Shown one piece after another: positions 1-12,300 of a stretch of 64,000 nt of DNA. The translations under genes were made by a program, and so were the position numbers. The stretch comes from Chrysomallon squamiferum (lineage: Eukaryota > Animalia > Mollusca). The notes under the pieces were generated by a model, which had not been told where the DNA came from, did no database searches, and saw only the letters and a program-made list of their open reading frames with translations. The stretch covers positions 24,490,001 through 24,554,000 of the forward strand of contig CM022679.1 in the NCBI GenBank assembly GCA_012295275.1, given 5' to 3'. Positions within the stretch are counted from its first letter, which is position 1. The number at the start of each line of letters is the position of its first letter.

Positions 1-502
1 AGTTACATTATTTGGCAATATGTTGTTTTGTCATGATATCAATATTAATAATCTTACAATTAATGTCTTATGGTATGAATAACCCATACATTGTAATTCA
101 GTGTAATCTGATGATGGTACCATTAATACCAATACTGTTAAATTATCTGATTTGCAAAAATGATTATACTGTTCAGTTTTAAAATTTGTAACATAATTGA
201 AACATCAAAGTATTGAAATTAAGATTACAAATAATTTGTATTGTTCAATCTGTCTGTGAAGAGTGCATTATTATTACTAAGCATTTAGTATTTATCCTTG
301 TGTCTTTTGTGACAATTTATTATTTTCAAAATAAATTAATTCATTACTTTGACTTTAGATGCTGTGTTTTATGGTATATTTTTCTATATTAACACATTTT
401 ATTTTAGTTGAGACATAAAGTACAGCTGATCTCTTGTTATTCTTTTGTTATTTTTAGGCAGCTTGATGATCTTAAAATTATTGATATTTTTAAATTTTAC
501 AG

Positions 503-3500
503 AAAAAGTAATGATGGGACAACACCAATACATGCCACAAGTTACACTGGAAACATCAACTTGTTGGTATCACTTATCAAAGCCGGAGGAGACCTTCGGC
601 TTCATGACAGAGATGGAAAGACAGCCAATGATTGGGCAGCATTGCAACCTGACCCTACCAAACGTTACAAAATGCTGGAGTTCTTAGAAAAATCTCATTT
701 ATTTGCCATGACTCACAGTGGAGGGGATTCAGCATCAAAACTTCTTGCAGAGTAATAAATAAATCAATTCTGATTAAAAACTTTTGCCTTGTACTAATAT
801 GTAATGTCCAGTAAATATTTTATTTTTCCTGCAAAAACTTGTACAGATAAAAAAAAAATTAAATAGTAGTAACTGGCTCTTATTCTAAATTAAAATATAT
901 TCTTGTCACACAGAAACTGAAAATATTGTTTAATAATCCAGAAACAATTTTTTAACATAACATGAAAACAAATTGTTACTGTTTAATAGCTGTAATATTA
1001 ATTTCTAATTTCCAAAGCTACATGCCTATATTGATTATAAAACTGTATTATCTATACCATTAAACAATCAGAATCTTTTTATGCTGACATGTTCTGATAT
1101 CATATTTTTATATATATATTATTAGAGGTACACTCATTGAAAAGAAACGTTCCATTGTCCAGATGATCAAGAAAAAAGTTGCAAAAGTCCCTTCAGTAAC
1201 TTATGATCCTTTGAGAAGAGTTAACAGCACAGGTTTTGGATGCGTAAGTATTATTTTAGACAAACTGGAATTGCTCCATATAAGCACTGAATTGTTTCAG
1301 GGTCTTTATGAAGAGCATAGCTCTATATGTGGGTATATGTGTCTCTGTGTGTGTGTGTGTGTGCACATAGTTCAAGAAAATGGGGTAAGGTGCAAGCTGG
1401 TTCATTTTTCATGCTCTTGCCGGTTAAACCTGAGGCTTAAACTGTTCAGTAGTTTTAATGAATGTAGTTGTAATGTACAGAATGAGTAATTAACTTTTAA
1501 AATAAATATCTGATCCCATTTATTTAAATTTGGCATCATGCCAAACATCTTAGAAGATTTTCTGAATTAGCAAAGTTAACAAACTGTGAATTTTAAAATT
1601 CTGACATGTACATTAGTGACTTTATATTTCAGGTTTACATCGGAAGTGATGACCATGGAGCAATAGTCTCAACAATTCCCTTAGTCAGTGAATCAAATCT
1701 TCATCATGACCCTCATGGTATCACTTATGAAAATGGAGCTTACTTAGTTATGGAGAGGTTTGTTAATATATAAATATCCCATTATTTACATATTGAATAT
1801 AGTAATATTAAGGTCTTGTTTTTAATAAGTTATAAATGACTATTTTGGATAATGTTATAATATTTAGATATTTTAAAAGAAACACTGTTTAATTTATATT
1901 AATAATAATATATTTTGGGGATTATTTTGAATTAGAATTTGTGATCTTTGGATGTTAATGAAATTATATTTTTCATTTTATCATTTTGTTATGCATATTC
2001 TATTTTTATGTTAATAAAATACCTTATCAACATTGCTTCCTCAGTTCATTAAAATATTTGTCATTTTTAACAACATTCTCAAAACTTTTATAAAGGACTT
2101 TCATGCTGTTATTATTATTATTATTATTACTAAAGATGTACATAGGATTGACATTTTCAATTTATTTTTTCCATTTTCTATTTTAGTATGACATGGTGCA
2201 ATAGTGCAGTGACAGTGAAACGACTTCATCATGATGATCAGCCTGGAGGATACATTGACTTGCTAATCACAGAAATGGGAAATATGGGGTTTGCACTAAT
2301 TAACAAAATTTGTCAGTTGCTTTATTTACTTAATAAATGTCCAACCATTACCAATACCAGTGAAAAATACTTTACATTTATATTACTTAAATGTATTGAA
2401 TTGCAGTTTTCAACAAAGAGAGCTATCTGGCATTTAGAATTGTAGAAAATTATAGATTTATATTTGAAAAAGCAGTAATCACTGAATTCTTATTTGTGTT
2501 ATTTTATTACAGTAAAATTCGTCATCCAAACATTTTGCTGTTGATGGGTGTTTGCCAAACAAATAGTCTCGATAACATGGTACTAGTCTTTGAACGTATT
2601 GGATTAGGATCACTCTATTATTATTTGCATCAAAGAGTAAGTGATTTATGAATAATTAATGAGAAGATATTTAATTTCTTAGGTAATTATGCAGCATTTA
2701 CCACATTTATTTTTGGTTTGTTATTTTGACAAAGAATATGACAAATGTCTGTAACTCTAAAATGATATTATATACATGTTTTTACTATCAATTGTTGTTG
2801 TGGGGTTTTTTTTGTTGTTTTTTTCAATTTATTTTTATTTTGAAATTCCAGCTTGAAAGACTTCCAACACAAAATATCCGTGATATTCTTCTACAGATTT
2901 GTAGTGCTTTAGTTTTCATACACCAGCAGAACTATATTCACTGTGGCTTATCATCTCATGCTATAAATCTTGTCAACCCTTATATTGCCAAATTAGGAAA
3001 TTTTGAGTATATGACACAGTCGTGAGTATCTTGTTAGAATGGAAATGTGAAAAGACTCATAAGTTTTACAGAATAAAGTTTAAAAAAAGAAACATCTGAT
3101 TTTTTATGTCTCTTGATGATATTAATTATTAATGGCTTTCAGTCTTCATGGTTAAAGGTTTTTATAAATTTAGTTTTTTGTGTTTACGTATTTATTTTTG
3201 ATCAGCTAAAATAAATTTTAGATCTTGTTATTGGGTATCTTGATATATTAAAATCCACAATTCAAAAAGTGCTGTATATAATTTTATATTTAAATTTCCA
3301 GAAGCTATAGGAATAGATTTGACAAATAAGAAAGAAAGTAATAAATGTTATAAGAAAGCAATATTTAAAAAAATGATAAGAAATTAACAATTATATCAAA
3401 TGTTTTGGCAGTTCTAAGTCAGATATGGGCAAGCAGAGCTCAGTTTCTGATCACATTTCTCAGAATGCTCTGTATAACTGGATGGCACCAGAATTAATGT

Positions 3501-6500
3501 TGAATGAGCCAGCAACATATGCATCTGATGTCTATAGCTATTGCTGCATTATTTGGGAAATGTTTGAAAGTGAGTTTATGTGGTAAACTTTGATACAATG
3601 AATCAATGAATGTTTGACAACACCCCAGCACAAAGAACATACTTTGATATATTAAAGTAACATTTTTCATATTCTTTTGGGGAATTAATTATTTGAGAGC
3701 TGAAGTTACTTAGATGCATTCAAATAACCTTTTGAATATCTTTTTGGGGATTTAATTATTTGGGAGCTGACACCACTTTTCCAAAGGTAAATAGAACATG
3801 AAAGCAAAATTCAGTTAGACCTAATTGACATTTACCACTTTCAGAATTGCATGCTTTATCTAGAATAGACTGAAATAGTTTGAAGTGGTTTTATTTATAA
3901 TAAATTAAAAGTAATTGAACAAAATTTGGGCACTGACAGTTTGCACATTTATGGGTTTGAACAGAAGACACTGGATTTTGTAAATGTGTTGTTAAGTTAC
4001 TTTCATAATAGCTATGTGATTTATGATACTTCTGTTTGAAAGTTCTTAGAAGTAAAACATTTTCATTTAGATGAAGTTCCTTGGGATATGTGTGAAGCAA
4101 GCTTCATCAAACATAAGTTAACAGTTGAACAAAAGACTGTCCCAATGAATAAAAGCAAAATTCCAGAGCCTTTCAGATCCATAGCTCAGCAAGGACTTAA
4201 TTTGAAACCAGAAGAAAGAAGTATCACTTTTGATCAAATCAATCAAGGGATGTTTGGACATCTAGATCAGGTAAATGGGAAAAAAAAAAGTGTTTTGATA
4301 TGTTTTATTTTTAAATACAGTTGTTTTCTATCAAATTATATTGATGATACTTTATGTTACTTCATTTTTCATAAAATAACTCACTTTATCATGTTGTTGT
4401 TGTTGTTGTTGTTGTTACTTGAAATGGATGACAGTTTGTAAAATTTATTTAATGGAGTTTTGTGGTATGTAGATATTAAAGAACCTTCAGATCTAATATA
4501 AGAAGTAGATATCCATTTTCTTTATTTTAATGCCACTATTCTTTTGTGTGTAAAGTTCAGCTCTTCTAATAACTATAACATAAATCTTGTTTGTATTATC
4601 ATTAACAACAAAAGAAAAGTTTATGACATATAAATAAACTACAGAATTTGTAAATTTTTTTTATTTTTTTTTATTTATCTGTTGTTTTATTTATGCTCCT
4701 GATGTCAAATGCATTATTTTAAACACTAGGCTGCAACTAACTTCAGTCCTGAAAAGTCTTCAGTTACATTTTCTCCTTCAAGAACAAAGAAGATAAATTC
4801 TCAGAAATCTAAAGGTTCTAAGTATTCACCAGATTCCAGTGAAGGAGATGTTGCAAAGCAAAAACAAAGGTATGAGAATACAGGATCTCAACGCAGTCTT
4901 GATAAAAAATCAGATTTACCCAGGAACATAGAGCTGCATCAAAAACAATCTAATGAAAACCATAATTATGGACCTTGGGATATGCATGAACAATGGATGA
5001 TCAGTTATCCGTAAGTTTCCCCCCAAAAAGTAAAATAATAACTGGGGCAAATAATGTCTTAGTATTGCATTGTTTATAACCATGCATAGTAACATTCTAA
5101 ATGAAATGAATAAAAGATAAAGACTTTCTTCATATATATATATATATATATATTTTTTAGTGAACTGTGATAATAAATGTTGCATTGTTTGCTGAATCAA
5201 ACTGATCTTTTTGCACTGTTTCATGATATTCACTTAACAAAGAAATTATCAATTTTTGTAGGCAATTTTCTAATAAATTGTTCTCTTTTTCTTTCTTTTT
5301 TTAATTTAAGTATATTTAGAAAACTTACATATTATCTCAAATAAACATAAAGGTTAATATATTAAAATGGACAGAAATTTGTAAGATTGGGCATTTTATT
5401 TTGAGATTATCATTTTGACCAAAATATTTAGAGTTTTACAAATGTAACATTTCATTGTCTTAGTCTTAATAGGCTACTTGATTTGATTTAGCATCACATG
5501 CATATCGCAAGACCATATTTTAATTTTTGATTCTTTACTTTTTGATATCTGTTCTTATTAATTAGAGAGATAATAATCAACATATCGGTGAAAGCTCAAG
5601 TATTCTGAATGATTCACAAGTAATTTGGTTATAATAGTTTTGTTACTGTCTTCTAACAAGTTAATGTTTGTGAAAAGGGTGAAAAATTTAGACATCATCT
5701 GATAGAATATTGTATAATAAGAATTAAAACCACCATATTGCCTACTTCATTTATGCTATTTATGCTACAGAAATGGATTTGAATAATTGGTTTATGTTTG
5801 CTGTCACTGTCAAAAAATAAATGATGAGAACACATGATCAACAAATGACATTTTAAAAACTGAAGCAAATTGTTTTTATTATTTGAATAAAAATTATTGT
5901 TGTGCATTTTTAAAACTGTTTCATTCTAATGACTTCATATTGTTGAACAAAACCAGAATCAAAACAATGCTATATTGTGAATAATAATTTAAACAAATTC
6001 AAATGTTGATATACTGAACTGACTGTCCCATTTGAAAGTCTCTTAATAATATATTTATCAAACAAGAATTTAATCCTCAATTTTTAAATTAATATTACTA
6101 AACTTAAAATTTACAGAGGACTTTCCAATACATTTGTGGATATTTAAAAATAAATATATTTTGTGAATTAGTATTTATCAGAGAATCATGAACTGTTATA
6201 CATTCTGCTGTAAATGAATTTAAGAATTTTGAATTTAGTTGTTCAAACAAATAGCCTGAAATTTTGTATGTATTGTCAAATAATAGTTTACACTTACAAC
6301 CAATATTTAATAATAAAATATAATAAAATAACAAGCTTCCTGTGATGGAAGGGATCTGATATTTCCTATTATTGTGCCATTTTGTATTAACATATGTATA
6401 AAAGGCTTCAAATGACTAATTACTGTACAGTATTTTGCAATGAATTTTCTATTCATTTTCTTTACTTAATTGTGTCATAATAAAATAGAATCTGACATTG

Positions 6501-7996
6501 TGCATTTCATGAATTCTTATTATCAAAAATAAATAACAAACTGTATCTAAATAAAATATTGAACACTTAAATAAATCTTATTATTATTTATCTTAAATTT
6601 TAATAGAACATATATATATATATTTTTTTTTAATTAGCAGTCAGTTCAGTTATAAGGAAGAAAGAAACAACAAACTAAAGAAATAAAAATGTAAAATGAC
6701 TATGATTCAGATATATAAAAAAATTCAGGTTTAATATACAGATGAATTCCATGACAGTAATGAGACATAAGAAAAATAATTAATAATGATAAATTCATTT
6801 TTTTCTTTCATATTATTTAGTAGTCTGCTTCAGTTCAGATATATCTTCATTTTTCTTTTTCTTTACTTTTTTCAAATAGAAATTATTAAAATATTAGTTT
6901 TTCTTGTAGGAAAATTAAATAAATCAGTTTTAATTTTAATGCAAAACCAAATTTTGTTGTCTTTTTCTCTTTTTCAAATTTACCTTATAAACAATGGCAT
7001 TAATGTTTTCCAGCTGTCCTAATTTTATATAATCTATATTCTTTTTTTCTTTTCTTTTTTTTAAGTAAAAATGATTCAGGGTCAGATATATGCTCACAAG
7101 ATATGTACTCAGAAGATGGTAATTCCACTGAGAAGTATTTTGAAACTCCACCCACATATTATACAGATAAATCAGGATACAAGTTCACTCGTTTTTGTAC
7201 AGGCAAAAGGTAGAATCATTTGTAGAATATTTATATTTGTCTTCAGGACAACAAAATCTTGAGTTAATACCTATATGAAATTACATATTTTCTTTTAATA
7301 GATGTCAAAATTATTTTACTGAAATTGCCTAACACTGTTATTAATTACAGAGTCTTAATGTTGATTCTGTTTAGAAAAAATGTGTTGATTATTTTATATG
7401 AATTGCAAAAACAATTTAGATGAATTATATATAAATACTTTTAATGGTCGTTCATTAAACTAAACATAATTTTGAAGATATCCAACAATAAACATAGTGC
7501 ACTAGATCATAGAAATATAATGAACTGAAGTTATTTTTAATTTATTGTTTTAGTGATTGGACATGTGAAATTACCCACAGACAAGAAGGAGATAGATTTG
7601 GATATGCTGCTGAAATACACAAGGTGATGAAACCTGAGAACAGAGTAAAAACTATTATGAGAGCTGAAGTTGAAGGCTTTCTGAAAAGGTAACTCTGACA
7701 TCAACACAATAAATTTATCATAATGAACATAGCAATTTAAGAATGCTTAATTGGCTGTTTACACATTGTTTCTTTATTTGTATTTTGTATTTTTTTAATT
7801 TGGTTTGGTACTAACAAATTGTAGTCATGAGATTAATGACTGTAGCACAGCAGAATTGCCTTAAAATATATGAAAACCTTTTGCAAAATGGTATAGCTAA
7901 AAAAAAAAAAAATGTAACATAATAATAAGTAACAATATTACAACAAAACATAACTATATATATGAATATGTATAATATATATGTATATTTATATGC

Positions 7997-8029
<33 letters not shown>

Positions 8030-9272
8030 ACGAAAATGTTTAAGCTTAGCTGACCAATAAATATTTTTTTTAGTTATAATTAAAATTATTATAAGAAACA
8101 GCTATGGTCAAGTAATGTTTTTGTATTTCAGAGAAGCTGAGCTTTTGGAATCAAGACAGTCATCACCTGCTCAACCTGATAAACGCCAGATATTTAGCTA
8201 CATGACTGTTGATCGAGCATTGAACGACACTAATGATCGTGTATGTAAGCCTGCTACACACTGGGTAGATCCCAATAATCCAAAAAGCAACAGTTTGAAA
8301 CTTTCTTCTGCTGGAAGTCTGTTTGCACTGTACAATGTTGGAGTTAATCCAGATGAAAGTTTTAGGCAGCCAGTGAGTCCTTCAGTACTACACTTCAGCC
8401 AGAAACTGCATACCAGCATATTTGATAAAGACAGCGATGATGAAAATGTTTGCAGTGTTGAAGAGCAAAAGGTAGAGAAGGACAAATGTGAGAAAAAAGA
8501 ACGGTAGGAATGTATATTGATTTTATTTTCATAAATTGTTTACTATTAAAAAAAGTTTTAATTTTAAATTTATATGGTTTTCACTTTTTGGCTTATAAAT
8601 TACCCATATAATTACTCTGATAATTGAAACATGATCTTATTAATATTATATGAAATTTCTTTGTCTGCTGAGTGGTAGTAATGTCAGAATTGCTTTTTAA
8701 AGTATTCAAGTGAACTTAAACAAGTGACTGATCACACATTATTTTAGATATAAACCTCTTTTTTATTATTATTACTATTTACTTTTTCATTTTTTTTATT
8801 AATTTATCAATTTATATTTTTGTTATTTTTATTTTTTTAAATGCTATACAATGCTGCATTTTTAAGATTTGGGCTACTTTTTTAACAGTTTTAATTAAAA
8901 TATATATACATACATATATATTTCTTTTTTAAATGCAGCCTAAAACCAGATCCACATTGGTATGGTGGTAAAGGCAGTGTTAAGAATCTTGTGCATGTGT
9001 ACCAAGATCATGTTGAAGATGTAAGATTATGAATATTTTTATTTCCTGCTTGCTTCCCTGAGTGCTGTCTGCCTGAAGTTATTTGTGCTTACAATGTTTT
9101 GTTTAATTTATTATTAATTCCAATAAATATTATTATTTACGATAGTATAAACTACATTATAACTCACTAAAAAGAAAGATTAATTAAACTCTCTTCAAAA
9201 ATACTAATAATTATAGTATAGGTATTTTGTATTTTGGTTAGATAATTTACATGATCAAAAATAGACATTCTT

Positions 9273-9303
<31 letters not shown>

Positions 9304-12300
9304 TTTTTATTTATATATTTATATTTTTTCATTATTATTATTATTTCTATTATTTAATTTCTTTTCTTTTCTTTTTTTCTTTTTTTTTTCCTGTAATAGC
9401 ATCTTTTCCAACAGTCTGTACTTGAAGGAAAGCTAGCTCCAAAACACAACACTGGAGACCAAAATAAGGTGAAAAATATTGTTTGATATATTTACTTTTT
9501 TTAATTGAAGTATATTAAAAATGCTAACAACTAGTTTCTGATATCAACACTATAACAGTTAAGTTTAAATATATTTGTTCAAAATGTTTATAGGTGATTA
9601 AATGTACTTTGAATAATAACAAAACTTGGAAATAATTATTTTTTCACCTACCACTTATTGCAAATGTTTAAAATATTTTGAAATGTGAAATACTGTGTCA
9701 TATAATGAATTGGTAGACATAATAAGAAAAATATGCCTATCATTGTGACTTGGATATAATCATTAAGCTATTTTAATACTCACATGCCCACTGCAATTTC
9801 TTTTCCTTAAGAGTTTTAGTTACTGTTTTATAAATTATTTCTTTTAGAATTAGTGTTCATATAGGATGTCTTTAACTGAAAATCTGTAGTCTTTTGCTTC
9901 TTTACAACTTAGTGTGTATGTGCATAGAAATTTAAAATCCAATCACACTAACTCTACATATAATTATTTTGCATTACAATGGGTACTTCAAGGAATTTTT
10001 AAATTTTATTTAAATTACAGCTAATTGGAACCAGAATTGGATAAAACTTCCAATCACAGTGAAATGCCCCACATATCAGACCCTGAAGGTTTGTTTTGGA
10101 ATTCAAAAAGCAAATGACACACTTACATATTTGTAAAACATTATACACATACAAAGTAGGCTGTGTTCAGTATTCTGTTCCAAGAACCCTAGAATAAACA
10201 TTCAGTCAGCTGTTTTGTAACTTCTTTCATCTCTGAAACTTCAAGCAAATCAGCCTTGAGTTGTTTGCCACACTGTTAGTGTGTTAGACAATTACAAAGA
10301 GAGTAAATTTTTTATGGACAGCAGAGTTCCTATTAGTGGCATAACCAGAACTCATCATAATCTTATTACATTAAGTATAAAATAGTAAAAGTAAGAAAAT
10401 GAGTAAGAAACTCCATTTGATAAAAATTATCTTTAAAAATATATATCTTTAATGGGTATAAAAATTGATTAAAGGATTATAAGTTCTGAGATTGGTTATT
10501 CTTAAAATGATAATGTTAATGGAATGTTATGCTAAGAAAACATAAGATAATTACTAAAGTAACATCACATTATTATTATTATTAATTTTTGTTTTCTTTG
10601 TTCTTGTTTCCTTATTTTTAAATTTGTTCATTGTTTCTATTTATCTGTTTATTTATTTATTTATGTATTTTATTAATATTGTAATATGTTAAATTCATAT
10701 CTAACTAAAAAAAAAAATTATCAAAAAATAGACTCCATATCATTTCAGACTTTTTTGTTGTTGTGTTTGTTTTTGTTGTTTTGTGTTTTGTTTTGTTTTC
10801 CTCAGAATTAAATAAAATCAGTTTTTTTGTATTCAGCAGTATATAGTTTTGTTATACAAATATATTTTAAAATTTTCTAGTATACTATTTTGTTGTTCTG
10901 GCTTTTTTTCCAAAAAGTTTTAGCTGGAATAGTAAGCAAAGACAATGAGATTCCTTGGCCTTCTGATTCTCTGGCATGTTTAATGGAACGTGAACCTTCA
11001 GATGCAGTTGGACATGTAGAAAGTGATTTCTGTGTTACAGGCACTGAAATGGAATTAACCAATGTTAGTTTGACAGACACACACTTAGAGTGCCCTGATT
11101 TGACCAATGTCACAACAGCCAGTGTCACACCAGTAACAAAAAGTACTATTTACATTGCATTTTTGACATACTGTTTTTTTTTTTTTCCATTATCTCTTTT
11201 CTTTTATTCAAACTTTATAATACTTTTTAGTGGACTGTTATTGTTGTTTAATTTCTTCTGTTTAGATTTTTGTAATGTTTTTGGCTGGTGTTTTCTTTTT
11301 TCTTTTCCTTTTTTTTTTTTTTTTCTTCAGCTTTGTTTCTTATTGGGTTTTCTTGTTGGGTTTTGTAGTTTCACTGATGTTGAAAATAAAATGCACTATT
11401 TTTAAAGATGCTGCAGGTTTTTAGTTGGATTAAATGAATGATTTTAATCAAAGTTGGTTTGGGTTTTTTCACAAATTAGTGAAATATTCATAATTAATTT
11501 GTAATTAAAAGCTTAACTTCAGACAATAATGTGTCTTCTTTGTAATCATTAACAATACTGGGATGATAGTCATGTATGAAATTAGAATATATTTGATTAC
11601 TATATTTAACTACTGAGTCAAAAATGTAGAATATATTACTTCTTAACTACTGAGTCAAAATTTCAGAATTGTGTTTCTGTACCAAAAAATGCAATTTTCA
11701 GTTAATTTAATATTGAAGTCTTTTTTGTTTAACATTTTTGGATGTAAAAAAACATTAGTTACTTATAAATTAGGAACAATGAGGTTCGACTTAGTTGCCA
11801 ATAAAATATTTACTCTTAAATATAGAAATACCAATTGTTGGTCTGTGCAATTTACAGGTGTAAGTCCCGAATCTGTTACTAGCATTGACTCAGTTTCACT
11901 TGAATTTTGGATAAGAGAACAACTAGAAAGACTTAGACAAGAGATAATTAATGATGAGGCTGAAGATGTGGAAATTAAAAATGAATTTTCTATAAAAATC
12001 TATTACCATCTGGATGGAAGTAATGAGGCTGATGCAAAAGAAATGATTAATTTGCATAAAGACTCTGCAGAAGATAAAAATATCCCAAATCTGGATGTCA
12101 GTATGAAAAGAGAGAATAATGAAAGTAATAAAAATATGGAACCAGACAACCAGTTAGTGAAAATGATGAATGCTCCAGAGAAGCAGCCAGCTGGAATTAA
12201 AAGAACAGATAATTACCTGTCATGTAAGCTTCTCATTTAACAAAAAAGAGAAAAATTTGGACAGTTGAACCTCATTAATCCTAGTTCATTTGTAACTGAT

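Noticed and set aside
5566-5619. Possible extra TEX14 microexon
   Set aside because: It needs a GAG acceptor or a weak donor to fit phase, and the flanking exons 5010 and 7066 already join in phase 2.
6638-6770. Purine-rich exon-like block in a TEX14 intron
   Set aside because: Stop codons in the plausible frames and no phase-compatible boundaries.
8198-8485. 95-aa antisense ORF
   Set aside because: Shadow of the + strand TEX14 exon 8132-8503.
11606-11660. 18-bp direct repeat containing TGAGTCA, and a similar short duplication at ~3669-3769
   Set aside because: Two-copy local slippage duplications with no spacer array, so not CRISPR-like.
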